Shown one piece after another: positions 29,867-39,782 of a stretch of 64,000 bases of DNA; within the stretch, counting starts at the first letter, position 1; every line of letters begins with the position of its first letter. Source of the DNA: an uncultured Alphaproteobacteria bacterium (lineage in GTDB: Bacteria; Pseudomonadota; Alphaproteobacteria; HIMB59; GCA-002718135); NCBI GenBank assembly GCA_902525035.1, contig CABZFN010000002.1, positions 57,603 to 121,602 of the forward strand. The letters run 5' to 3'. The notes beneath the pieces were generated by a model. It worked only from the letters and a program-made list of their open reading frames with translations, did no database searches and was not told the origin of the DNA. The translations under genes and the position numbers were made by a program.

Positions 29867-30232
29867 ATGAAAAAATTTGAAGACTTAATGAGTGTTAAAA
29901 ATGAAATTGAAAATATAAATGCTGAAGAAGCAAAAGAAAAACTTAATGATCCAAATGTGCAATTCATTGATGTTAGAGATAAAAAGAGTTTTGAAGAAGA
30001 AACTATTGGAAATGCAATGCATTTGGACAAGGCTTTTCTTGAATTCTATTTAGCCGAGGGTAGCCCTTTAGAAAATGAATTTTTTAAAAATAACCCAGAT
30101 AAAGAATATATTGTATTTTGTGGTGTCGGTGGACAAGGAACTTTAGCCACTAAAACAATGCAAGATATGGGTATTAAAAATGTTAAGAATATTACTGGCG
30201 GTATGGCAGAATGGGAAAAAATTAAAAAATGA
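29867..30232 (+). CDS. Rhodanese-like domain protein
   Basis: FIDVRD, VFCGVGG, NITGGMAEW. Confidence 0.88.
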   Translation: MKKFEDLMSVKNEIENINAEEAKEKLNDPNVQFIDVRDKKSFEEETIGNAMHLDKAFLEFYLAEGSPLENEFFKNNPDKEYIVFCGVGGQGTLATKTMQDMGIKNVKNITGGMAEWEKIKK

Positions 30233-30345
30233 TTAATTATAAGGAATATGCATAAAGTATTACTTATTTTTATAATTTCATATTTTTTTTCATTACCAGC
30301 CTTAACATTAACAAATAAAAATTATTACATTTTGTAGCTTTAAAC

Positions 30346-31659
30346 TTATTTTATTTGTTGATAAATCCTACCCATATAAGAGAAAAGGGTCAGGGCTCTT
30401 GCAATAAAGAAAATACAAAGAGATAACCACAATCCTGTATTCCCAAAACTTGCAATTAAGAAGAAAGAAAGAACTATATAAATGATAACAGAGACGATCA
30501 TGGCATTTCGCAGTTCCGTTGTTTGAGAGGCTCCAACAAAGATACCATCAAATTGAAAACAAAAAGAAGCTGCAAAAGGAATAATAATAATCCAGTAAGA
30601 ATAAGAAAAGCTGATCTCTCTTATATTTGGTAAGTCTGTCATTGTGATAATGTAATAATTTTTACTCAAGAAAAAGATTACACAAATTATTAATCCTGTT
30701 ACTGTGCTTAAGATAAAGGAATTTTTTATCACATCATTTAACAATTGTCGGTTTTTTGATCCAATAGAGTATCCAACAATCCCCTCCGTTGAAAAAGCGT
30801 AAGCATCAAGAACATAAGCAGATAACATAATAAAATTTAGGAGAATAGTATTAGCGGCTACTGTTTCTTCACTAATGGAATTACCAAGATAGGTAAAATA
30901 TAAGAAGGCAAAAGCAAGAAGAAGGGATCGAATAAATATATTAAGATTAATATTAAAAATAGTTTTAACTTTCTTTGGATCAAATATTTTATTTGTACTG
31001 AATGCTAATTTCGTAATCTTACTAAGCGCAAAAAAAGTATAAAATAAGAAAATAATCGTTGTAAGGGTTGAGGCAACAAGTGTTCCTAAAGCAACACCAA
31101 AAACATTTAAATTAAAATATAAAACAAAAACTAAACTAAAAATTATATTTGCAATCGAATAAAAACCAACAATGATGCTTGATGTTTTTGTTTTTTGGAG
31201 ACCAATGAATAAACCAGTAATGACAAAAATAGTAAGCTCGCCAAAAGTAGAATAAATACGAAGATAAAAATAATCTTTAAAATACCTTTTCGTGTCTGAT
31301 GATAATTCAAATACTGATAAAGAAATCTGAAAGATATAACTTTGTAAAAGTATTAAGAGTAAAGAAATTATTATGACAAAAGCTATGTTTCTGAGAAAAA
31401 TATTTACAACCTCTTGATAATCATTTGATCCATCTGCTTGTGCTACCAAGCCAACTGTTCCGGACCTCAAAAAACCAAAACTACCAAAAAGAATGGAGAA
31501 AACACTTGCTGCAATACTCGTTGCAACTAAGTAACTAGCATTGTCTAAATTTCCCATTAACCCTGTATCAACAATGGCTACAAACGGAATAACTAAGTTG
31601 GCAAAAAAAATAGGAATAGATAATTTAAAAATATTTTGGATCGATGATCTTGAGGACAT
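30346..31659 (-). CDS. MATE family efflux transporter (DinF-like)
   Basis: P....VDT..MG, GFLRSGT.GL.AQA.G, DA.AF..E..VG, FQFDGIF.GA. Confidence 0.92.
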   Translation of the reverse strand: MSSRSSIQNIFKLSIPIFFANLVIPFVAIVDTGLMGNLDNASYLVATSIAASVFSILFGSFGFLRSGTVGLVAQADGSNDYQEVVNIFLRNIAFVIIISLLLILLQSYIFQISLSVFELSSDTKRYFKDYFYLRIYSTFGELTIFVITGLFIGLQKTKTSSIIVGFYSIANIIFSLVFVLYFNLNVFGVALGTLVASTLTTIIFLFYTFFALSKITKLAFSTNKIFDPKKVKTIFNINLNIFIRSLLLAFAFLYFTYLGNSISEETVAANTILLNFIMLSAYVLDAYAFSTEGIVGYSIGSKNRQLLNDVIKNSFILSTVTGLIICVIFFLSKNYYIITMTDLPNIREISFSYSYWIIIIPFAASFCFQFDGIFVGASQTTELRNAMIVSVIIYIVLSFFLIASFGNTGLWLSLCIFFIARALTLFSYMGRIYQQIK

Positions 31660-31778
31660 TTTAAAGATAAATTTTATATTAGTAAAATTTGATAATAAAC
31701 TATTTATCTAATCTCTAAAGGGTCAAATTAATCACTATCTTTATTTCGAAAATCTTATAAAGCTCAAAATAATTTAAA

Positions 31779-32258
31779 ATGAAAATTGGCAGATACAAAT
31801 ACGAGTTTGATTTCTTTAGTTGGATAAAAAAAACAGAGCTAGTTGAACTAGAAAGTGTGAACCCAGATGATGATCCGGTGCGTCCAGAACTTGACAACGA
31901 ATTTCGTACATCAAAGGGCAGAAAAATTTTTGGTCTTAAATATAAGGATGATATTGAAGGTATTGCCTGTTTTGCTTTTACAAAAGAAATTCCTGCAACG
32001 ATTAAGGAAATGGATTTGATGAGTGTGAAGGAAGATGAAGCTTCTATTCCAATAGCTTATACAGTGTGGTCTTTCAAAAAAGGTGCTGGAAAGAAAATAA
32101 TGAAGGAATTACAAAAATATATTAAATCAAAAGACCAATTTGAAAGTATCGTTACTCTTTCTCCTTTAACTCCTGTTGCAACACATTATCACATTAGAAA
32201 CGGCGCAAGATTAATTAAAATAAATCCTACAACTCAAAATTTTGAATATAAAATTTAA
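31779..32258 (+). CDS. Hypothetical protein, possible GNAT-like fold
   Basis: DDPVRP, AYTVWS.KKGAGK, VTLSP.T..A..YH.RNGA; KKGAG resembles an acyl-CoA pyrophosphate loop. Confidence 0.7.
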   Translation: MKIGRYKYEFDFFSWIKKTELVELESVNPDDDPVRPELDNEFRTSKGRKIFGLKYKDDIEGIACFAFTKEIPATIKEMDLMSVKEDEASIPIAYTVWSFKKGAGKKIMKELQKYIKSKDQFESIVTLSPLTPVATHYHIRNGARLIKINPTTQNFEYKI

Positions 32259-32273
32259 AATTAGTTAAAAGAA

Positions 32274-32957
32274 CTAATCTGATATCGTTATTGTAACGGT
32301 TGGTTCATTTGGATACATTCTACATGTACCTCCAGCATCAACATTAGCACCAAGGGCTGAAGAAACATCAAATGCAACTTTTACTTTTGGTGAAACTATT
32401 CCTACAGTATAACTACTAGTTAAAGCATATATTAATTGCATTTGGGTGGCACTAGGTGAACCAACATTCATTGATACAGCTGAACTAGGACTAGAATATG
32501 CAATTGTAATATTTCCACCAGATCCATAACTACCAGCATCAACAATTTCTAAAGCAGTTGCTGTTTTTCCAGAAGTATCATTTTTAGTTCCAACGTGCAT
32601 AGTAGTTACATTTGACTCTGTGCTCCCATCAGTTGTGCAAGTTGCATCACTTGCATTTGAATCTGTAACGGAGCCACTTATTGTAAAAGTTCGATCTAAT
32701 GTTACTCTTAAATGAGTAAAGGTTGTTCCAATTGGTAAACCTGATGTTGATCCAAAAGCCCCAGCTTCTGCTCCTGCAGATAAGCTAGCAATATTTACAG
32801 ATTGTGAACCTTCTGCTACAGTTGTTGTTGATGAACAAGTTACCTCTTTACAAAGTTCGACTTTCAACATTGTTACAGTATAAGTATCTGCACTACCGGA
32901 AGCGGCAAAAACATGTGTTGGAAATAGAAATAAGATTAACATAAAAATTTTTTTCAT
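32274..32957 (-). CDS. Secreted Ser/Thr-rich beta-sandwich-like hypothetical protein
   Basis: Signal peptide (VFA|A), 4 Cys, alternating beta patterns; 1-nt overlap with the upstream barrel gene. Confidence 0.8.
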   Translation of the reverse strand: MKKIFMLILFLFPTHVFAASGSADTYTVTMLKVELCKEVTCSSTTTVAEGSQSVNIASLSAGAEAGAFGSTSGLPIGTTFTHLRVTLDRTFTISGSVTDSNASDATCTTDGSTESNVTTMHVGTKNDTSGKTATALEIVDAGSYGSGGNITIAYSSPSSAVSMNVGSPSATQMQLIYALTSSYTVGIVSPKVKVAFDVSSALGANVDAGGTCRMYPNEPTVTITISD

Positions 32958-33841
32958 TAATTTGACCTTGCCATTACTACACCTGATCCTTCAGACTCAA
33001 TAATTTGTTTATTAGTTCTTCTGACGATGCTTAACAATTCAGTGCTCATATCAAACTGAACAAATGCTTTTTTACTTACAAATTCTGTTGAAGCAGTTGG
33101 TGTTTCTCTTGGAGGATAGATAAAGGTTATTTTTGCAAAATTATCGGTTCCAGAAATATTATTATCATCAAAACCCACTTCTGCTATTAAATTTGGCGTT
33201 AAGGCCATTTCTAAGCTAAATTTTTCACCTTTAGAATCTTTAGAATTTTTTTCAGCTCCCCAATTATAAGAATTCCCAATTACATTAACCCATGGAATAT
33301 AAGGAACTTGACCAACAACACTAATATCATATCCATCAAGTGTTCTTTCAGTAAAACTACCAACAGTTTTTGCGCCACTAATTCCAGAATAGTAATTACC
33401 TAATACTTCAAAGGTAGATGATCGAAGTTCTGCTCCAACACTAGCCCTTGCATTTCCTTCTTCATCATAATCAAAGAAAACATTTGCACCTGTCATGGAA
33501 TTTTTACTATCTGATAATTTTCTATATCCAACACCAATATTTCCGGCTAATCTGCTATCACCTCTTATTTTGTGATCACTTAATTGTAACTGGATAAATG
33601 TTGCATCAACACTGTGGTGTATGGCTATTGGTCTTACAGTAACAATAGAAAACTCAGGCTTATAATCCTCTCCCATATCAATGCGAACTTTGGTATCACC
33701 TTCACCATCTAATATATTTTCTACAGCTTCAGATAATCCAGAGGTAAATCTTTCAACTAGTCCTTGTTTAACTTTTTCTTCATCTCCGGCAAAAACATTA
33801 AAAGAAATAACAAAGGTTGTTAAGAATATTACTAAACGCAT
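32957..33841 (-). CDS. Inverse autotransporter (invasin/intimin-type) beta-barrel protein without passenger
   Basis: Signal peptide; NIGVGYR, GANVFFDYD, RASVGAE, NYY, LDGYD, linker IVRRTNKQI followed by only ~14 aa. Confidence 0.8.
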   Translation of the reverse strand: MRLVIFLTTFVISFNVFAGDEEKVKQGLVERFTSGLSEAVENILDGEGDTKVRIDMGEDYKPEFSIVTVRPIAIHHSVDATFIQLQLSDHKIRGDSRLAGNIGVGYRKLSDSKNSMTGANVFFDYDEEGNARASVGAELRSSTFEVLGNYYSGISGAKTVGSFTERTLDGYDISVVGQVPYIPWVNVIGNSYNWGAEKNSKDSKGEKFSLEMALTPNLIAEVGFDDNNISGTDNFAKITFIYPPRETPTASTEFVSKKAFVQFDMSTELLSIVRRTNKQIIESEGSGVVMARSN

Positions 33842-33891
33842 AATTATTTATAATCTAATATTGAAAAAATATAACTATTTTTTAAAAATAT

Positions 33892-34779
33892 TTACTTCCA
33901 CTCTCGAAACCAATTAGTTTCAGCATATTCTGATAACTTATATGTACACCAATAAGAATTTTTTTTTATTTTGTTAAACTTTTTGTGGTTATATTTTTCT
34001 GGCCAATCATCTTCAAAGCCATAAGATCCTCCATGAGCCCTACCTGATCTTTCTGCTAAATGACAGACCATAGGCAATGGATCATATGGATCATCAGACG
34101 TTGGCGCCATATAAACTGAGTCTTTCAAATCAGGGCAACTTTCATCACCATGTTCATAAATCATTTTACCAAGAATATACTGATTGTTTTCATTACTGAG
34201 AACACTAGGGCCACTAACATGGCCGTTTCGATTTCCTTTCGTACATTTCCATGAAAAACCGTTACCATGAAGTAATTCGTGAATTGTAATTTTTATAATA
34301 TCTTCTCTGGAGCCAGCTCTCTTCATAAATGTATAACCTGAGTGAACACCCATTTGCCCACCATCCCTATGTGTAAAGCTATCAACAAATGAGTAATATA
34401 ATTTTTTTGGATTATTAAAACCAAGATTTTGAATAAAATAATCTGGATAATTATTATTCCATCCTTTTTTTGTGCCTTTCTTATCAAGTCTTACAAAAGA
34501 AATATCTAATTTACCATCTTGCCTATAATCTAATTTATATTTCTGTTTATTGCCTGTTAGCTCAAACATTTTCTGATTCATTTCTTCAATTATTTTTTCC
34601 AATTCACCATTAATATCTAACTCATTGTCTTTTCCATTTATATCAAGCATATAAATAAAATGGATTTGGTAATCATCATTTGTATCTGGTTGGTCCTCAA
34701 AAAATCTACCATCTTTAAGATCTGAAGCATTTCCTGAATTAAAGATCAAAATCAGGATAATTATAAAAATATATTTCAT
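33892..34779 (-). CDS. Secreted hypothetical protein, putative zinc metalloprotease
   Basis: Signal peptide; TIHELLHGNG (HExxH), downstream His (GHV), several Cys. Confidence 0.65.
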   Translation of the reverse strand: MKYIFIIILILIFNSGNASDLKDGRFFEDQPDTNDDYQIHFIYMLDINGKDNELDINGELEKIIEEMNQKMFELTGNKQKYKLDYRQDGKLDISFVRLDKKGTKKGWNNNYPDYFIQNLGFNNPKKLYYSFVDSFTHRDGGQMGVHSGYTFMKRAGSREDIIKITIHELLHGNGFSWKCTKGNRNGHVSGPSVLSNENNQYILGKMIYEHGDESCPDLKDSVYMAPTSDDPYDPLPMVCHLAERSGRAHGGSYGFEDDWPEKYNHKKFNKIKKNSYWCTYKLSEYAETNWFREWK

Positions 34780-34897
34780 AATATAATTAAATATTAAATT
34801 TTTTATTAACTCAACTAAGTTTCAAAAAAATTCCCTTTTAATTTTAAAATATGAACTATTTACTTAACAAATCGATATAAATTAAATATTGTTGGAA

Positions 34898-36004
34898 ATG
34901 GCCTACCAAATAAATACTAATTATTCCGTTACTTTTGATGATGTTCTGCTCTCACCAGCGTATTCAGAAATTAAACCAAAAGACGTAGATACTTCTATAA
35001 CGATTGGAAAAGTAAAATTACATATTCCAATACTCTCTGCTGCCATGGACACAGTGACAGAAAACAAGATGGCTATTAATTTAGCACTAAATGGTGGTCT
35101 AGGTGTTATTCACCGTAATATACCAATTGATAAACAAGCAAGTGAAGTTAAGAAAGTTCATGGCTTTAAAATTAATTTAAAAAAATTTCAAAAGGCTGTA
35201 ATTAATTCTAATAAACAAATTGCTGTAGGGGCTGCTATTGGTGTTGAAAATAATGCGTACTTACGACTATTAGAATTATTAAAAGTTGGTGTTGATATAG
35301 TCTTTATTGATGTTGCTCATGCGCACACAAAAACAACTTTACAGTTTATTGAAAAAGCAAAAAAAGTTTTAAAGAAAACTCCTCTCATAGTTGGGAACAT
35401 TGCTACGAAAAAAGCTGCAACAGATTTAATTAGTGCTGGTGTAGATGCAATTAAAGTAGGTATTGGACCGGGTTCTATTTGCACAACAAGAGTAGTAACG
35501 GGTGTTGGTATTCCTCAGCTTTCAGCTGTAATGGAAACATTTCAAGTCGCAAAAAAATTTAAAATACCTGTAATTGCAGATGGAGGAATAAAAACATCAG
35601 GTGATATTGCAAAAGCTATAGCAGGTGGTGCAAGTGCTTGCATGATAGGTTCTTTATTTGCTGGCACTGAAGAATCTCCAGGAAAATTATTAACGATTAA
35701 GGGTAAAAAATTTAAATCTTATAGAGGCATGGGTTCTGTAGGAGCAATGCAAAAAGGATCTTTTGATCGATACTCCCAAGAAGAAACAAAGAATGCAAAA
35801 AAATTAGTAGCAGAAGGTGTTGAAGGGATGGTTCCATACAAAGGTAAAATAGAAGATGTAGCGTATCAACTTGTTGGTGGTTTAAAGTCTTCTATGGGTT
35901 ACACTGGTCATAAAACGATAAAAAAAATGCAAGGCAATTGTAAATTTGTATTTATTTCTAAAGCAGGAGCACGCGAAAGTAATGTTCACGATGTCATTAT
36001 GTAA
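34898..36004 (+). CDS. guaB: IMP dehydrogenase lacking CBS domains
   Basis: [43 protein letters not shown]; start taken as ATG 34898. Confidence 0.93.
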   Translation: MAYQINTNYSVTFDDVLLSPAYSEIKPKDVDTSITIGKVKLHIPILSAAMDTVTENKMAINLALNGGLGVIHRNIPIDKQASEVKKVHGFKINLKKFQKAVINSNKQIAVGAAIGVENNAYLRLLELLKVGVDIVFIDVAHAHTKTTLQFIEKAKKVLKKTPLIVGNIATKKAATDLISAGVDAIKVGIGPGSICTTRVVTGVGIPQLSAVMETFQVAKKFKIPVIADGGIKTSGDIAKAIAGGASACMIGSLFAGTEESPGKLLTIKGKKFKSYRGMGSVGAMQKGSFDRYSQEETKNAKKLVAEGVEGMVPYKGKIEDVAYQLVGGLKSSMGYTGHKTIKKMQGNCKFVFISKAGARESNVHDVIM

Positions 36005-36046
36005 TAATGTATCGAATCATCATTGAATTGATACAATAAAATAAAA

Positions 36047-36538
36047 ATGAGGTCAGCATCAACAAAACATAAGGTAGCAATCGTAATGGGTAGTAAGTCT
36101 GATTATGCTACAATGAAAAATTGTGAAAAAATTTTAAAATTACTTAAAGTTAAGTTTGAAACCAAAATTGTTTCTGCACACCGTACACCAGAGAGAATGT
36201 TTAAATTTGCCAAAGCAGCTGAAGATAATAATATTTCTGTCATTATTGCCGGTGCAGGAGGCTCTGCACATTTACCAGGAATGATTGCATCATTGACAAC
36301 TATACCTGTAATCGGTGTACCAGTAGAAAGTCGTAAATTAAAGGGATTGGATAGTTTGTTATCAATAGTGCAAATGCCAAAAGGTATTCCTGTTGGCAGT
36401 GTTGCAATTGGTGAGGACGGCGCAATAAATGCCGGTTTATATGCGGCTTCCATTATTGCTCTTACAAATACAGAAATTAAGAAAAATTTAAAAAATTATC
36501 GAACTACACAATCAAAAGCTGTTAAACAAAAACCATAA
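36047..36538 (+). CDS. purE: N5-CAIR mutase
   Basis: [34 protein letters not shown]. Confidence 0.97.
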   Translation: MRSASTKHKVAIVMGSKSDYATMKNCEKILKLLKVKFETKIVSAHRTPERMFKFAKAAEDNNISVIIAGAGGSAHLPGMIASLTTIPVIGVPVESRKLKGLDSLLSIVQMPKGIPVGSVAIGEDGAINAGLYAASIIALTNTEIKKNLKNYRTTQSKAVKQKP

Positions 36539-36541
36539 GTC

Positions 36542-37585
36542 ATGAGTACACTCACGCTTGGAATTATCGGTGGTGGACAATTAGGAAGTCTTTTAGCAGA
36601 TGCTGCAAAAAAAGTAGATATACAAACCGTTGTATTAAGTGATGATCCTGATGCGCCTGGGAAACACTTTGCAACTAAATTTATTTTTGGTCAGTATGAT
36701 GATGATACAACGATAAATAATTTTATTAATGAAGTTGATCTTGTTACATATGAATTTGAAAATATTCCCTTCGCAATATTAAAAAAGATTAATGAAAAGA
36801 AAAAAGTTTTACCTAAACCAGAAATTAATCAACTCATTCAAGACCGAGAAACAGAAAAAAAATTTCTAAATGACAATAATATAACAACAACAAAATATGT
36901 AACTGTCAAAAATGAAAAAGATTTGAGTGAAAATGTAGACTTGCTTCCAGGTCTATTAAAAACAACAACGTTAGGATACGATGGCAAAGGTCAGTATAAA
37001 TTAAACACTGCATATGATATTACGAACGAGATTGATTTTACAAAAGAATACATTTTAGAAAAACTCATTAATCTTAAAAAAGAAATTTCAGTAGTAATTA
37101 CTCGCTATGATAAAAATAGTTATGAGATCTATGATCCTATCGAGAATGTTCATGAAGAACAAATTTTAAAATATTCAAAAATACCAAGTGATATTCCTGA
37201 TAATATAAGTACAAAATCAATTGAGTGGGCAAAACAAGTTGTAGAAAAACTAGATTATATTGGGACGTTATGTGTAGAACTTTTTATTGATGCTGATGAT
37301 AATTTATATGCTAACGAAATTGCTCCTCGTGTTCATAATTCTGGCCATCTGACAATGAATTCTCATAATATTAGTCAATTTGAAAATCATGTACGAGCAG
37401 TATGCGGCTTAGAAAAGATTAAGACAAAAAAATTGTTTAATGCCAAAATGATTAATTTAATTGGCGATGATATAACACCGTATCGAAATAAAACATTTAA
37501 AGATAACGAATTTTTTTATGACTATTTAAAAACAGAAATTAAAAATAAAAGAAAAATGGGTCATATAACAATTATTGAAAAATAA
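36542..37585 (+). CDS. purK: N5-CAIR synthase
   Basis: GIIGGGQLG, TYEFENIP, GYDGKGQ, NEIAPRVHNSGH, RKMGH. Confidence 0.96.
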   Translation: MSTLTLGIIGGGQLGSLLADAAKKVDIQTVVLSDDPDAPGKHFATKFIFGQYDDDTTINNFINEVDLVTYEFENIPFAILKKINEKKKVLPKPEINQLIQDRETEKKFLNDNNITTTKYVTVKNEKDLSENVDLLPGLLKTTTLGYDGKGQYKLNTAYDITNEIDFTKEYILEKLINLKKEISVVITRYDKNSYEIYDPIENVHEEQILKYSKIPSDIPDNISTKSIEWAKQVVEKLDYIGTLCVELFIDADDNLYANEIAPRVHNSGHLTMNSHNISQFENHVRAVCGLEKIKTKKLFNAKMINLIGDDITPYRNKTFKDNEFFYDYLKTEIKNKRKMGHITIIEK

Positions 37586-37589
37586 TTTA

Positions 37590-38492
37590 TTAACTTAAAT
37601 TAAATTGGTTCGTTAATTGTGTTACCAATTGATATTTATTGGCAACATTTACTAAATCTTCTCCCTCACGAAAAGATTGTTTATCTAATTGTTTACTTGG
37701 ATCTCCCCCAGGCCATATTCGCCAACTATCATTATCAACAACATCAGATAATACTAACGAATTATCAGAAACTTTAAAGCCAAGCTCAAACTTAATATCA
37801 ACTAAGTGTATAGGACCATCAATTGTCTTAATAGTTTTCCATTTGTCTTCAATAAGCTTAAAACTTGGAAGAATAATTTCATTAATAGCTATTTCTAATT
37901 CCAGATCAGACAGTAATTTTTTGGTTTTCATCAAGCTTTTACTTGTAATAGGTTGTTTAGCAGAAAATAATTCCCAATCTTCTCCAGTTTTTACAAAAGG
38001 ATCTGTAAATACACCCTCTTCCCATTTTCCATCTTTCAAAAATTTTTTTCTCGCTTCACTCTCGTCGATTTGAACAGGTTCTGCAACATGAGGAGGCACA
38101 ACAACAGCTTGTTTATGAAATATTTCCCAAACTAAATTTTCAAATTGATGAGGATTACTTTTATCTTTTGCAAATTGAGTGTTTCTGCTTAAATAGCTTC
38201 CCCATGCATAACGTCTCACTACAAACTCTAAAGGAAGCATATTGCAGATATAACTTAAAAGACTATTTGGAGAATCCTGTTCAATAAATGAAGTTGCAAT
38301 ACCTTCTTTGGTTAGCATGCTAAAAACATTACTTGTTTGTTTTGTTTTTTGAATTCCAATGTCTTTAATTTCCTCTTTCTTCGCTGCATCTCCACCTGTT
38401 AAAAAATCTTTAGTTACAATTCGAATGATATTTTGATCATTTGTTTTCTCAATAATTTTTGTTTTTCCTTCAAGTATAAATGAATTACTCAT
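37590..38492 (-). CDS. purC: SAICAR synthetase (PAICS/Ade5-like type)
   Basis: EGKTK, PLEFVVRRYAWGSYL, LVDIKFELG, DVVDNDSWRIWP, DKQ; start taken as ATG 38492. Confidence 0.9.
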   Translation of the reverse strand: MSNSFILEGKTKIIEKTNDQNIIRIVTKDFLTGGDAAKKEEIKDIGIQKTKQTSNVFSMLTKEGIATSFIEQDSPNSLLSYICNMLPLEFVVRRYAWGSYLSRNTQFAKDKSNPHQFENLVWEIFHKQAVVVPPHVAEPVQIDESEARKKFLKDGKWEEGVFTDPFVKTGEDWELFSAKQPITSKSLMKTKKLLSDLELEIAINEIILPSFKLIEDKWKTIKTIDGPIHLVDIKFELGFKVSDNSLVLSDVVDNDSWRIWPGGDPSKQLDKQSFREGEDLVNVANKYQLVTQLTNQFNLS

Positions 38493-39762
38493 CGATATAT
38501 CTCCAGCCAATATCTTTTCGATAATATCCCTCGGCCCAGTTAATTTGATTGATTATATTGTGTATAGATTCTCTAATAGTTTTTAAATCTTTACCTGTAC
38601 TAGAGATATTTAATACACGCCCACCATTAGAGAGCCATTTGTTTTCTTTAAGCATTGTTCCTGCATGAAACAGATGCTCATCTTTTGTTAATGTAAGATT
38701 TTCCAAATTATTAATAGATGTAAATTTTTTATAATCCTCAGGATAGCCATTAGCAGCCATTACTACTGTCATGGCATAATCATTTTTCCACTTAATTTTA
38801 TCTATTTCATTTAAAGTGCCTATCGCTGATGCATGAAGGAGTAATAATAAATCTGTTTCTAATAGTGGAATAATTGCTTGTGTTTCCGGATCGCCGAAAC
38901 GAACATTAATTTCGAGTAAATTTGGACCCTTATCTGTTAAAATTAGTCCTGCATAAAACATTCCTTGATAGTTGATGCCTTGTTCAGCAAGATGTTGAAC
39001 AATAGGTTCAACAAATGTTTTGCTTAATTCATTCATTTTATTTGATGAAATAGAAGGAACAGGTGTGTAGGCTCCCATACCACCAGTGTTTAAACCCCTT
39101 TCTCCTTCTAAGATTTTTTTATGATCTTGTGCTGTTGTAAGTGGCAACACAAATCCATTTTTATCGACAAATGAAAATAAACTTACCTCTTCACCTACTA
39201 AAAACTCCTCAATAACAACAACTGAACCAGCATCACCAAAAGAATTATCTTTAAAACATTTAATCAGTGCATCTTTTGCATCTTCCCTTGTTTGGCAAAT
39301 AATAACTCCTTTTCCTGCTGCTAAACCATCAGCTTTAATAACAAGAGGATAGGATTGGTTTTGACAAAAATTTAAGGCATCATCATAGTTGTCAAATACG
39401 TCATAAGCAGCTGTTGTAATATTTAATTTTTTACAAATATCTTTTGTAAACTTTTTTGATTTTTCTAGCTCAGCTCCCATCTGATCAGGACCAAAAACTA
39501 ATATAGAATTGTTCATTAGCAGGTTTGATAAACCTTTAGTTAAAGGTAACTCTGGACCAATCACCACAAGATCAATTTTATTTTCTAAACAAAATTTAAT
39601 GATGACGTTATGATTATTTACATCAATATTAATTGATGAAGCAATTTCACTAATAGCATCACTACCGGGAATACAATATAAATCAGAACAGTTTGGAGAT
39701 TGTTTTATACTATGACATAGTGCGTGCTCCCTTCCACCATTACCTATTACAAGTACATTCAT
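38485..39762 (-). CDS. purD: Phosphoribosylamine-glycine ligase
   Basis: GNGGREHA, KADGLAAGKGV, QDHK, NTGGMGAY, NVRFGDPE, GGRVL. Confidence 0.97.
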   Translation of the reverse strand: MNVLVIGNGGREHALCHSIKQSPNCSDLYCIPGSDAISEIASSINIDVNNHNVIIKFCLENKIDLVVIGPELPLTKGLSNLLMNNSILVFGPDQMGAELEKSKKFTKDICKKLNITTAAYDVFDNYDDALNFCQNQSYPLVIKADGLAAGKGVIICQTREDAKDALIKCFKDNSFGDAGSVVVIEEFLVGEEVSLFSFVDKNGFVLPLTTAQDHKKILEGERGLNTGGMGAYTPVPSISSNKMNELSKTFVEPIVQHLAEQGINYQGMFYAGLILTDKGPNLLEINVRFGDPETQAIIPLLETDLLLLLHASAIGTLNEIDKIKWKNDYAMTVVMAANGYPEDYKKFTSINNLENLTLTKDEHLFHAGTMLKENKWLSNGGRVLNISSTGKDLKTIRESIHNIINQINWAEGYYRKDIGWRYIDE

Positions 39763-39782
39763 GAAAAAAAATAATTCATTTA

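Noticed and set aside
34898-36004. CBS-less GuaB as a pseudogene or GMP reductase
   Set aside because: Catalytic SICTTR, YRGMGS and flap RY residues are intact; CBS-less IMPDHs are known
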